From Amphiscolops sp. MND2022 (lineage: Eukaryota), in NCBI GenBank assembly GCA_964187785.1, contig OZ076409.1, positions 70,558,001 through 70,622,000 on the forward strand: a DNA stretch of 64,000 nt, read 5' to 3'. Positions 1 to 11,960 of this stretch are shown in pieces. A program made the translations under genes and the position numbers. Within the stretch, counting starts at the first letter, position 1, and each line of letters opens with the position of its first letter. The notes below the pieces were generated by a model. It searched no databases. It worked only from the letters and a program-made list of their open reading frames with translations, and was not told the DNA's origin.

Positions 1-10
1 GCCGTCGGTT

Positions 11-3000
11 TTGTGCACACTTTTTTTCAGTGGTGACAAATATGGATGCAATGGCCGATACTTTTTTACTTTGTTCCCAAAATCTTTTACAGACTCTTGG
101 GCAAAGGTGTCTTGTCGTTTTGGATATTGTAATCTGGAAACTTTACCTTTGTTTGAAGATTATACTTTAATCAAAAAACAATTCGATCAATTAGTAATGT
201 CACACAGAGGCCATGATTTGAAACATAACTTAAATAATTTTAGTTTCCCCTTCATTAAATGTCCAGTTGGATGTAATACCCTCATTAATGAAACTGGCAA
301 AATTTCTTTCGTGCACTTATTAAATTACCTTTTCCCCAATTTCAAATCTTTTGGAGCAAACAAAAATTACCTGCGAAGCATGCGAGAAGACTGGTTGAAT
401 TCTACGTTACATTTGGATACATTCTTAAGTTCACCATGTTTATCCGTCGACGAAAATGGTTTAGCTCTGGTTACTTGTTACATGCACAACAAAAAGATTG
501 ACAAACAAATTGTTCACATGGCTCCTTCTTGTTTCGGAAATTTATTTCACGTACAGGTGGATCGTTTAGCTCCAATGGCAACAAAAGTCAGAGGTTACTT
601 ACCAGCAAAAGTTGGAGAATTTAGTCATGGATTTACAATTTCAACAAGTTTGGGCGGTCAGTTCGGCATAAGTTGTTTACAGCTGACAAATAAACGATGT
701 TTCAATGTGAAAAGTGACTACTTATTACCAACTTTAGAACCCGTTATTTATGCCAATCGACAAGATGTTCGTAATGTAGTTAATTTACTTTACAATGACC
801 ATTCGTTGAATATGGATTTTATCGAATACTTGAAAAGTAGTACCTGCACTCTTGGTAGAGAGGTGTTAGAATCATTCAATGAATCCAGTAACTCGCTTTC
901 CATGTTCGCAATGCTCTGCGTAAAGAAGTATTTGGAAGAAAATAATGATCTCAAAAAGCCAATACCATCTTCATTGCTAAATTGTCATAACATGAACAAA
1001 ACAGGTCTCCAACCTTTTCTTGCAGCTCGGAAGCACTTTAATAGAAGAGTTTCTTTATTTCTTTTGATTTCTTGGTTCATTAATTATGAATATTTTGGAT
1101 TCATTTGCTTAGTCGACAGTAGAATCTCCAGTTTGCTAATTCAACAATTGAACGGTCTTCACCGGACAAAAAGTTACTGCAATTCATCAACTCTGAACTC
1201 TTTGGAAACAAGTTTCCGTGAATCGTTCAATTTGGAAGATAGTAGTTCGATCCATTTAGATTTCATGACTCGAATACTTGACACGATAGACGGTTGTAAA
1301 GTTATTTATTGCCCTGAACGAAAAATCATCAATATGTTAGAGTTTCACAGTTTTGTTGATAATTCTGAATCAGTTAACGTTGTCTGTATCATCAACCAAG
1401 AAGATAAGTCTTTGAGAAACTTTGGAATTCCTGAAATTATTCAAATTTACAACAAGCAGTTTCAATTAGTTTATTTATTTGCGACAATTAATGATCCTAT
1501 CCTGATGAGGTACGGTAATGAATTCTTTGAATGGTGGTGTTTCGATTCAAAAAATAACCTTGTGTTAGATGCAACTACCATGTGTAACTGCAAATGTAAT
1601 TTCGAAAGGAGTTGGAAAATTTTACTTTATTTGGGTGATTACACAGACATAAAACCCTCTGTGATGTCGAGTATCTTTGGGAGTGGGCAAGATAAAATCA
1701 AATGTGGGTATCATGAAAAACTCTTATCTACTGATCTTAGTGATTCAACCTATAAATGCTCCATTACCAATTGTCAACGGAAGTCCGCGTACAGATGTCC
1801 TGAAACGAATTGTTTTACTAGTGTCTGTAACAGGCATTTGAAAAGTTTAGAAGACAACAAATTGCATTTTTTGAAATGTTCCGAAAATTTTGAAAATAAT
1901 GATAGCTACGAAACTTTGGATATGCATCGAGTTATTGAAGATGACGAAAATCAACTTGGAATTGATTATGTATTAGAAGGCATACAAGAAACCGGTTTTG
2001 ATAATCAGTACAGTGTTCAAACGGAAACAACGTCTTATTTACCTGAAGTTGAATTATGTCGAAACGCTGAAACAATTCCTATTCATCTATTTTTCAATGA
2101 TGGTCTCCAAGTTTTTCGACGGTTGAAAAAAGAGCCGAAAATAGCAAAGCTACTTCAAAGGTTTTTACAGAACTTTGCTGCATCTCAACCTGATCACACA
2201 GTTTCCCTTATTCAACCAAGTGCCCTTTTATGTCCTTCATTGTTTCTTATTCAAAATAAAGATGGCTCTTTTGGTGGTGCCATTCCATATTTTCTGTACG
2301 GGGATAATACAGCCAATGCAAAATTGGGTTTTGCAAGTTTTAATGAACATGTGTACAGCAGAATAACAAACATTGACATCGGTGCAAGTGGCAACGTCAA
2401 ATACCTGTATTTCCTTATTGATGCTTTATTGAATTTACATCTTCACAATTCCGTTACCAAAAACTACTTCCAGAGGGGCATTCAAAATATAGAAATTAAA
2501 GGAGAAAAACTAAGCAGTTATTGCACAAAATCAAACTCCTTTTCTGTCACAGATTCAGAACGCAATGTTAAGGAACTGGCTCAAGCAATGGCACAAAAAT
2601 GCCCAACAGTTTTTTTGACACTCACCCTGAATTTGAAGAAGCACCCTGGAACGGCTGCTTTGGTGAAAGCCATAGATTGCCTATTTCCCGATAAAAATTC
2701 AGAGGAACACAGAGCTGCTATGCAAACTTTTATGCCAGTAATGATGAGGATTTGGAATTTTACAGTTCAAATTTTTCTGGATTATTTGATAAACTCTTCA
2801 GAAAAAATTATTGGAGATATAGAAAATTATTGGGGAAGAGTTGAATTTCAGAACAATAGTGGCAATCCGCCCCATTACCACATACTCCTTTGGTTGAGGG
2901 ATACGTTAGAGAGCATTCAAAATAAAATAGCTTCAACTAAAAAACATCTACAGTCTGCGTTTCAGGATATTTTCCATTCTAATTTACGTTTGATAGACAG

Positions 3001-6000
3001 TGAAGACGAATTAGATGAAGTTTTCAATTTATGTGTGAGAATTCACACACACGACTGTTCGAAAGCTGCCAACAGATGCAAAATAAAAAGAGATGCTAAT
3101 GGTACTCCAATTTGTCGTTTCCCACCGTATGAACAGTCCAATGTTTTCTGGTTGAAAGACATCACTGTACCATACAAAAAAGAGACTTTATTATTGTTGG
3201 AAAAACTGAAACTAGCTACACCAATTGATGATTTCAATTACGAATTGGATGAACATTTAACAACAAACAAATTTTCTTATCCTGCTGATAAAGGAGCACA
3301 TTTGATGCCTACTTGTCCTGCTGTCTTTGCAATAACACAATCCAGCACAAATGTTCTTCTAATTACCAAAATCTTCAGTTCGCGCTACCTCAATAAATAT
3401 GCGGCAGGAAAAGAAGAACACGTGATTACAAATTTAAAACCAGGCAAGGAATCTAATACTTGGAGTGTAGAGGAAGGAACCATTGAAAATACAAAGATTA
3501 CAGCAGTTAACATGCGAAAAGAACAAATGGACAACAAAAAGAGACAAAAGGTAGAATTAAAAGCTGTAACAATTTCACAAACAGAACAAATTTGGTGGTC
3601 TCTAAAACTTCCTTGTATAATGTCGTCTTTTGATTTCATACATGTTCCTTCTGTGCCGATGGAAAAACGTCAGGGAATAATTCAAACGTATAAATATCAT
3701 GCAAACTTTGTCGACAAATGTATCCACCTCAGAGAAAATGAACAACTTGAACCTCATAGACTTTTCAAAGACAATCAAAAAACAATTATGCAGGATGCAT
3801 TCACGTCCTCTTACTCTCTGGACAAAGTAACAATTTTTTCTCTTCGCCCTCCTGAGCTGCTTTGCGTCACGACTATGAAAGCCTATTTCACATTGTTTGT
3901 GCGAGAAGAAAAGATTAAAAAATTGAGTCAAATGAAGATACTTCTGCATAAACAACCTCCTGTCTGGATAGATGGAACGAATTGTGTTGTTCGCATACGT
4001 CAATCGGCAATGAATCAAATTTCACAATACATAAAGGATATGGAGACGCTCAATAATGAAATTGCCTTCTCAAATTTGAAACACATATTAACAATTAATG
4101 ACGGCAATAATATCACAGATCACGTGTCCAAAAATAGACTTACATCTAACACACCTGTTGTCGTCTTCTCTACAGTCTATCCGAGACAGCCGATTAATTT
4201 TTTATTACACTTGTTGTACTCCATGGGAGCGTTTGAGACAGAATTAGATTTGTTTCATAGTTCTTCGTTACTGGACTGTTTTGTCAAAGCCAAAATTTTA
4301 CCAGAGGGAAAGTTGACAGAAGAAGATGCACATGTTTTGATAAGAAAGTATTTATTTGAGCAAATGATCTTCATTCCCGGAGGTAATTTATCTTTTTCTG
4401 CTAGATTGTCAGACGCGTTTCATCATATTATGGCATTGGTCAAAAATGAATTTATTCATCAACCCCCAGCTGTTCTAATGGCTCATTTGACTGAAAACAT
4501 GGAAGAAGCTGTTCAAATTACCATAAAAGAATCTCAAGAGCGATTATTCAACAGATTGACGCCTCTTAATCTTCAAAATAAACCACCCGTGCTTCCAGAT
4601 TTGGTTACAGAAACTTGGAAACCTGAAATCAACCATTTGTCTATTCAATCTGTAGAATCTTTTAACGAACAATCGAATGTAATCAATTACATAATAAATG
4701 CCCTGAATGCAAAGATTGTTGCACATGATGAAATGTGTCAAAAACACTATGTTATTCTTGGTAAACCTGGAGCTGGAAAAAGCCATGTCACGTCAGTTGT
4801 TACTTTGTATGCAATGCTCAATGGTTTAACTTGTTACGTTACTAGTCTGGCTTCAAAAAGAGCATCTAATTTCAACTGTGAACATATTCACCGCTTATTT
4901 TGTTTATTGGCAAATAAGAAAATCAAACCTCAGGACAAAGCAAATTCAGCTGTTACTCGTATCATTAAAGATTCAAAAAAACACGCTCTTTTGTTATCTT
5001 TGGACATTTTAGTTCTCGAAGAGATTGGATTAATAAATGCAGAGTTATTATATGTTATTGACCTAATTTTTCAAACTCTTCACGATAACGATAAACCTTT
5101 TGGTGGTGTAACAATTATTTGCAATGGTGATACAAACCAGCTTCCTGCAGTTACAGGTACAGACACCTTTCTAAGTCCCGCATTACTGTTCAACTTTAAT
5201 TGCTTTTTCTTGGAACACCCAGTTCGAATGATGGACTTAGAGGGTCAGTTGGTTTTGGATCTAATGTCAAGAAAACCGGTTCCAAAAGATTCGATTGACC
5301 TGATTATAAGCATCATTGGAAGAAGATGTTCTTTTGTTTCATGTTGGGATGACATCCAAGATTGTCATATAATGAAGGTTTTTGGAAAAAAGAAAGCGGA
5401 AAGAGAAGCTATAGAATACCACAAAAAGAAGATTTTGTCGTCAGGAAAATTGGCAATTTCCATTGAAGCTGAAGATGAGATGTGCGTCACTAAGAGTAGT
5501 TCTTGGATACCAGCCGCAGAAGAAGTAAAAAATTTTCTGGATAATGAGGTGAGAGAACCAAGGTCGTTGTTACTTCACGAACATTGTTTGCTGAGAATAA
5601 CTAGAAATTTGGAAAAATTATCTCAAGGCCAAGTTTGTATACTTGCAGCTGTACCGCAACAAAATGACCGTTCAATTCTAGTTTTTGTTCCTCTTGATTC
5701 AAGTTGCTTATCTGACGATAATTTGTGGAGCGAAAAGACATTTTTACATTGGCCAACTAAAAGACTTTACAAAACACTTGGATTTGTTATTTCATACAAA
5801 AACTGGACAATTCGGAGAAAACAATATCCAGTATTAAACAATGCAGCCATGACGTGTCACAAATTAATGGGTGATACATTTCTGAACATAGCCAGCAAAT
5901 TATCTGTTAGCGATGATGCTTACTCTCTATGGATGGCTTCTCAACTTTATGTCATTGTTAGCCGAGTGAAAAATTTGTCAAATGTGATTTTCGTTGGTTC

Positions 6001-6003
6001 AAA
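11..6003 (+). CDS. RepHel transposase, large exon: Cys-rich N-terminal region, HUH (Y2) Rep domain, Pif1-family SF1B helicase. The frame is open from the window edge, so the true start is probably upstream.
   Basis: Rep motif 1 PTVFLTLTLN (~2603-2632), motif 2 WGRVEFQNNSGNPPHYHILLW (2831-2893), HTHDC...C...CRFPP, motif 3 YLNKY (3386-3400). Helicase: Walker A GKPGAGKS (4760-4783), ILVLEEIG, PFGGVTIICNGDTNQLPAV, RKQYPV..AAMTCHKLMGDT, QLYVIVSRVK. Confidence 0.93.
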
Positions 6004-6070
6004 GTAAGTTCATTTTGATTCATGTATATACATACCTTTTCAAAGTTTTTGATAAAAAATTGATTCACAG
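6004..6070 (+). other. Predicted 67-nt spliceosomal intron (phase 2)
   Basis: Donor AA|GTAAGT at 6004, acceptor TTCACAG|G at 6070. Removal deletes the TAA at 6005-6007 and gives ...VGSK-EDTLSSMRQ in frame with ORF 5994..6602. Confidence 0.85.
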
Positions 6071-6602
6071 GGAAGACACACTCAGCTCAATGCGACAGAT
6101 TTTGGGGAAAACTACATCTCACGAAATTGCAGTTGAGAAAAGATTTCAATTGTTGAAAGCTGCCAATCAAAACAACACCTGCGCGATTTCACTTCCAGAA
6201 TTGCTTATGAGTCCAATAACTTGTAATATCCCCATGGTAGAAAACGGTTTTGTGTATGTCTTGTTGAGCAAAAAACAATATCCTGAAGTTGTGAAATATG
6301 TGGGACAGACTGACAGCAGTTTGTTATCAGCATTAAGAAGGCATAATACCGGTCAAGAAGATTGCATTACACAGTCAACTTACTTAAGGCCATGGTGTCT
6401 GGTTGCCTTTGTATACAATTTCGCTTCTGACAGTGAAAGATTGACTATAGAGACACATGTTGAAGACAAAACAGCCAATGCTCAAAGCTTACAAAGCATT
6501 TTGGATGAATTGGAGAAATGTTTGCAACACTTTAGTGAATCTAATTTGAGATTCTGTAAATGTGCAAGAGTGATAAATAATAATAATAATAATATGGAAT
6601 GA
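6071..6602 (+). CDS. Terminal exon of RepHel: GIY-YIG (SLX1-like) endonuclease domain
   Basis: GFVYVLLS...KYVGQT...LRRHNTG...T..RPWCLVAFVYNF...ERLTIE follows the SLX1-type GIY-YIG pattern (VYxL, YVGxT, HN, RPW, F, E). Confidence 0.8.
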
Positions 6603-6926
6603 ATTGTGTTAACATTTAATTTCGCTATAATATTGTGTTGTATGTAATCATATAATTAATAATAAACTCAATAATTTTCAGAAGCAATAGTTTTCAACAT
6701 AGAGTAAATGAAACGTTTCTACAATGCAACGAGCTTTCACGGATTTCAAGGAGTGAAAGCGAGTTGATACACTCACCTTTTTATTCTTCATATTTTTTTA
6801 TGTTTGAAGAAAATTTTGATAAAAAGATTCGATGTGAATTGAATTAAGGTTAAACCCTGACTAAACAATGTAATTGCACGCTGATGAATTACAGGTTATT
6901 TGGACATAGAAGTATTTAGTAAAATT

Positions 6927-7200
6927 CATGCAAGTGTATATATTAAAGTAGAGCATTTGATCACAGAACACTTAAAAATGGTGGAAAAGTTTTATAGAAA
7001 AAAATTTGGGAAATTAACACTTGAAATAATAGACAAACATTGTAGATACAAAGGAAAGTGCGATTATTTTCAGTCAACACTTTACCAAAAAAGAATTATT
7101 TTCTTCAAACATAACAAAAATGGATGTAAATTGAAACTGAGCGAGATTACTAGCAATGACAGATTCTATGTTTAAGGCATAGATGAAACGGATAACGTCG
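6927..7200 (+). pseudogene. Decayed, truncated copy of the N-terminus of the 8187..9497 ORF
   Basis: HASVYIKVEHLITE...CRYKGKCDYFQSTLYQKRIIFFKHNKNGCKLKLSEITSNDRFYV* aligns with PASGYIKVEKSITE...RRYKIKCVYLHSTLGQKRINFFKPNRTGAKLKQNEVTGYDRFIVL. Confidence 0.85.
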
Positions 7201-7259
7201 TTAATGTTTTCTCCGGATATGGGATTTATTATAAAAGGATTCTCCTCTAACATAAAATT

Positions 7260-7436
7260 TGGTTGTATGTACAATTGATGTACTATTTCGAATCAATAGA
7301 TGAAAGAGACAAAATGCATGCAAATCTGACTAATTTTGAACAAAAATTTTAAATACTAAATGAAATTTAAGATACCTTGAAAAAGTGTTTAGATTATTTT
7401 CATTGATCAAAAGTGCGATTTTGTGAATGTGCTCGC
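7260..7436 (+). pseudogene. Highly diverged remnant of the C-terminal half of the GIY-YIG exon
   Basis: Hand translation WLYVQLMYYFESIDER...I*DTLKKCLDYFH*SKVRFCECAR is colinear over 59 codons with WCLVAFVYNFASDSER...ILDELEKCLQHFSESNLRFCKCAR. It has 3 in-frame stops. Confidence 0.75.
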
Positions 7437-7489
7437 GAAAATGATAATAAATAACAAGGTATTAAGTTGATTAAATACTCAAAACAAAT

Positions 7490-7873
7490 GGTTGCGTAGA
7501 AAACGGATTTGTGTAATTTTTGTTGAGAAAAAAACAATATACTGAGGTTGGAAGATTTGTGTGACAGACTGTCTGCATTCTCTTGTCGGCCTCAAGAAGT
7601 CATAATACCGGTCAAGAAAGTTGCATCACAGAGTCAATTCATTTGAGACTATGGTGTCTGGTTGCTTTGGTATACAATTTCGGTCCTGAGATTGAAAGAA
7701 CGACTATCGAAACACATGTAAAAGACAAAACAGCTAATTTTCATAACATGCAAAGCGTTCAAGATGAATTTGAGAAATCTTTGCAAAATTTAAGTGTCAG
7801 TAACTACAGATTTTGTGAATGTGCACGGGTGATTAACCATAATGTTTTGGAATTATTTGAACAAAACTTTTAA
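7490..7873 (+). pseudogene. Decayed duplicate of the GIY-YIG exon
   Basis: DNA and protein similarity to ~6237-6602 (HNTGQESCITES...WCLVALVYNF...RFCECARVIN). Stops fall at the GIY (GTGTAA) and YVG (GTGTGA) positions. Confidence 0.88.
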
Positions 7874-8186
7874 ATATTTAATACAACTATTGTTGTTGGT
7901 AAACTTTCTATTGAAAATGTATACATTTTTGATATTATACTTTTGAATGAAATATTTGATTTTTTTTGAAATGCAACGATTTTTCACGGATTTCAATCAG
8001 TGAATGCGAGTTGAGACAATTCTGTTCTTTTTTGTTCATTCTCTTCATTCATAGACATTTTTGGGAACAATGAATGATTTTCATATGTCAATTAATGTTT
8101 CAACCGTAACAATTAAAGTAATTTCGCAGTTATGATTAGCTTTGTATTCCAGATTCTTTGGTATAGTAAACCTTTGAAAAAAGAAA

Positions 8187-9497
8187 ATGCCTGCTAGTGG
8201 ATACATAAAAGTGGAGAAATCAATAACGGAAGTACAAGAAGTGGTTGAGACAAAGTTCACTCGAATCACATTTGGAGACTTGATTGACGAAGAAGTAACA
8301 AAACCTCGAAGATATAAAATAAAATGCGTGTATCTTCATTCAACCCTCGGGCAGAAGCGAATTAATTTTTTTAAACCCAACAGAACAGGAGCAAAATTGA
8401 AACAGAACGAGGTAACAGGGTATGACAGGTTCATAGTGTTGGGAGTAGAAGGCACGGATAATGTAATACTTGCATTCACCAAAACAGGCGATGAGTCTAA
8501 AAGGATACTGCTATATCATAAAATTGGGTTGCAGCCAGGATCTCCAGTATGGTTGCTATGTCCAAAAGTGGAAGGGTTTCTGAAACAAACCCAAAACCCA
8601 TTAATTTCAACTGGTGACCCTTTAGTTTTGACATATCGGTCTCTCGTATACAAAAGCCCACCGCAAGAAGTTGGACTTGCAAATTTTGTCTACTTTGATT
8701 TTAAAGCAACCAATTTCAACATGAGACAAGCTGTACCGAAAAACAAGGTGTGCACAGGAACATTGTGTGATGCGCAGGTGGATGGCTCATGTCCTTGCAT
8801 AGCTGCGAAACCAAGAGAACATTGGGCAATTACATTCATTTTTTGTTGCGATGAGCTTTCTGAACGAATAACAGGTGAAGAATTTATAAGTTTCACATCG
8901 ATGGAATTAACAAAATTGTTTGTTCATGTGAATAAACGAAAAGAGCCTTTATCATCTGACGAAATTGACGTTTTCGATATGGAGGAGGCAGTTTGTGATA
9001 TGGCCTCTGTTATTGATTCAGCTCAAGGATTCAGAGTCTGTGGTTGGTTCAAACCAGCATCAGATGAGGATGGTGTAACAGCAGGAAATTTCTGTTACCA
9101 CGTCAGTGCCGTATCGCCATGTTCTGCATTAAATCCTTATCAGAAGACATTAATGTATGGAGCTCCGTCAACTGATCAATTTTCCTGCTCTGTCTCCGAT
9201 GATGGTAACTCTGTGGTCGCTCAAGATTATCGTTTGGATTCACAGAATCAACATGAATATTCCAATAACATGTATGAAATGGATTCGCAAAAGATGACTC
9301 AAGAAAACATTGACCTGTATGGTAATGATGAAGGCATAGCAAATCATGAAACAATGAACCGAAATGACCAAGATGGGGACTCAATCAATGGTATAACGCA
9401 ACCAGCAGCTCAACCTAGTCAAAGTGTTCAAGAATCTGAAAGGGAAGACGATTTGGATGATGATCTACCAAAGTTAACATATGGGCCAGATATTTAA
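8187..9497 (+). CDS. 436-aa accessory protein of unknown function (possible OB-fold/Zn-ribbon ssDNA-binding protein with an acidic disordered tail)
   Basis: Intact ATG-initiated ORF inside the element, with a decayed paralog at 6927. Cys cluster CTGTLCDAQVDGSCPC and D/E/N/Q-rich C-terminus. The fold assignment is inference only. Confidence 0.75.
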   Translation: MPASGYIKVEKSITEVQEVVETKFTRITFGDLIDEEVTKPRRYKIKCVYLHSTLGQKRINFFKPNRTGAKLKQNEVTGYDRFIVLGVEGTDNVILAFTKTGDESKRILLYHKIGLQPGSPVWLLCPKVEGFLKQTQNPLISTGDPLVLTYRSLVYKSPPQEVGLANFVYFDFKATNFNMRQAVPKNKVCTGTLCDAQVDGSCPCIAAKPREHWAITFIFCCDELSERITGEEFISFTSMELTKLFVHVNKRKEPLSSDEIDVFDMEEAVCDMASVIDSAQGFRVCGWFKPASDEDGVTAGNFCYHVSAVSPCSALNPYQKTLMYGAPSTDQFSCSVSDDGNSVVAQDYRLDSQNQHEYSNNMYEMDSQKMTQENIDLYGNDEGIANHETMNRNDQDGDSINGITQPAAQPSQSVQESEREDDLDDDLPKLTYGPDI

Positions 9498-10593
9498 AGA
9501 ATCAAATTGCAGCAAAGTATCATATGAGGAGAAAAGACAAGTTGATTTCTGATTTGCATCAAAATTACAATAGATGCTTTCTAACTTGAAATATCATATA
9601 ATTTCATCTTCCATTGTTTAATGGTGTTATTAAACAATTTAATAATGTGATTTTTTCGACATGATATGAAAGTCAGTTTGTGTGAATAGTGTGATAATCA
9701 CTTCTAATAAAACAAATTTTTGTTTGTGTTACAAAATACTCAATAACATATTATGAAGTCTCTGGATAATTGTAATGAATGTTTATTTGAATTATACATC
9801 TCAAAACATAATCCATGGTTGTCGCCAACATTTTATTGTTGATAAGCATAAATGATTGATGTTTTCAACGCTAAAATATTTAAATGACTCTGAGTGTCCT
9901 TGCACTGTAAAATATATATACATGGAAATTTCTTGTTAATGTTTTGCTTAATGTAAAAAATTAAATATTGAACTTTTCAATTTTTTTTCAAATTGATGTT
10001 AAAATGAGTAGATGAGAATGATAAAGGAGATAGTCGTAGATAAGTTGAAAATTTAAATCCCATTATTTTTAATTTTTACTTTAAAAAATTGAAGTTATTT
10101 AAAGATTTTCGTTGTTTAAATAACTATTAGGATCATTTGGAATAAAAATACTCTTTTTTCAACATAAAATATTTAATTGATCTTTGAAATAAATTACGAA
10201 GTTTAAAACATTTTTTTCTCATCAACGTTGCTCTTTAGAAAAAAAAGTGGAACATTTTCGATAATGTAAAGATATTAATTATAAAATACTAAAATATACT
10301 AATTAAAAGGTACTAACATTATGTTCTACTTTGGATTAATGTGTAAAATAATGGTTAGTTTTTGATTTTTATATCATGATATTAAGCATTTTTGTCAAGC
10401 CTTAAGACCTGTAAACTAAGATAACTAAGGTAATATATATATATATAGTTTTAAAAATTGGTGTCTAAATTGAGCTACGATCAAAAAATCATAATGAAGC
10501 ATTTAAAAAATAAGTAATTGTTTGACACAAATTAATTGTACAATGTTCTACGGTAACATGAAAACATGAAAATTTTTTGGAACTTCTGTCCGT

Positions 10594-10671
10594 AGGCATG
10601 CCGAGGTATGCCTTTCGACGATCATATAACAACCATGCCCCTGCAAGGTCACTTTTTGCGGTAGCAGCTAG
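10594..10671 (+). other. 3' terminus of the RepHel element: hairpin plus CTAG
   Basis: 9-bp stem with one G-T pair at 10594-10613, CTAG at 10668-10671. Nearly the same sequence as the family C end (24566-24642). Confidence 0.85.
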
Positions 10672-11960
10672 GTGCCCGGATTTCTATTCGATAAAGTATG
10701 TGGCGCGCCTTGGGTAGGGTCCCTTGCGCGCTCTTGGGTATGGTGTTCACCAGCTAGGAAACAGGGGTCGATTTTTCGGGATCTCCTAAACTAGCCACAC
10801 GATTTGGCTGAAATTTGGCACACGTACTCCCCTCGGCACGGTGAAGATGATTTCCTACTGACGTTTTTCCCGCAAAATTTTTTTTGTTGTCCAAAATAAC
10901 GGTTTTTGGGGTAAAATTTTGAATTTTTTTTAAATTTTATCTTATATCTCGCCACGGGTTTACGCTAGCGCTTCAAAACCCTGCTAAAGAAAGCTTGCAA
11001 ACTGTCTCAGGAATGCGGTGTAAAATTTTCAGCTCAATCGGACTCAAACTCGGGGAGATATAGCGTTTTTCCGGAGCGGGGGGGTTTCATTTTTCTAACG
11101 GTCCAGCTTATCTTAGCCATTTTTTCGAAAATGTACTCGCCTAAAGGCCTCCCCTGGCCGGTTTTATTCCCAGCAAAACCATTTGGCCCTAAATACGGAG
11201 TTTCAGCGTTCCAGCATTCCCGGGCGAAAAGTTGTGGGACTTAGAAAAGTTCAAAAATTTTCAAAAAATTTTTTTTCCGTTTTCCGCCCTCCCCCCCGAG
11301 GGGAAAAGACCCCCCAACCAGTAATTTGAGTGAATTCATGTGGAAAGGCCATGTTTAGAGGAGAAAAATCCCGTTTAAATCGTCTTTTTATCTTTATTCA
11401 ACGTTGACTTATGACGTTTTGAAGGTGATGTTTGGAGGTGTGAAGCACGTGAAAAGTAAACGTTATGAGTATTTATCTGATCTGAAAGCCATTGAGATGC
11501 AACCTGTTTTGCTCAAAACGTAATTCAATTCAGTTTGGTAGTCAATCAACACCCTTTGTTGTCATTTGACATCTTTTTTTGTTGATATAAGAAAAAATTT
11601 CGTGTATTTATTCATTTTTTTCTCATCAAATAACTTGAAACAGTTGAGTACATTCCATCCCCCCTTCACGGGGGAGATGAGAATGTACTCGCAAAAAGCC
11701 CCGAACTACGGCCCTTACCTTCCTGAGCTACGCAGTATAAAGATTGCATATTGGTTCCGACATTTTGATAGAGTTATATCTTGGTAATCTGTCTGGGTAT
11801 GCAGAAAAACCAGCACGTGCTTTTTTATACCAAGTTGCTCACAACGACATTTATTTTATATCAACGCCCCCATATTTATCAACGCCCCCCGTCCGTGGGC
11901 ATGCCGAGGCATGCCCTTCGACGACGTATACCAAGATATACATCGAGCGCGTTAGCCTAG
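10672..11960 (+). mobile_element. Family B unit (1289 bp)
   Basis: Starts GTGCCCGGATTTCTATTC, ends hairpin...GTTAGCCTAG. Near-identical copies at 29879 and 31168. Confidence 0.85.

Larger units (their letters stand above)
1..10671 (+). mobile_element. Putative autonomous Helitron-type rolling-circle transposon (5' end lies outside the window)
   Basis: Encodes a Rep-helicase. Ends in hairpin AGGCATGCC-GA-GGTATGCCT (10594-10613) followed by CTAG (10668-10671), matching the hairpin + CTRR 3' end of Helitrons. The same end is shared with the downstream units. Confidence 0.85.

Noticed and set aside
5994..6070. Independent start of the 202-aa ORF
   Set aside because: Non-ATG start. The first 26 codons overlap the RepHel end and the predicted intron, so it is better explained as a spliced exon.
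2175..9384. Short alternative-frame or antisense ORFs inside RepHel and ORF2
   Set aside because: Shadow ORFs of long coding regions with no motifs.
10433..10447. (TA)n microsatellite in the AT-rich 3' region
   Set aside because: Too short and common to be informative.
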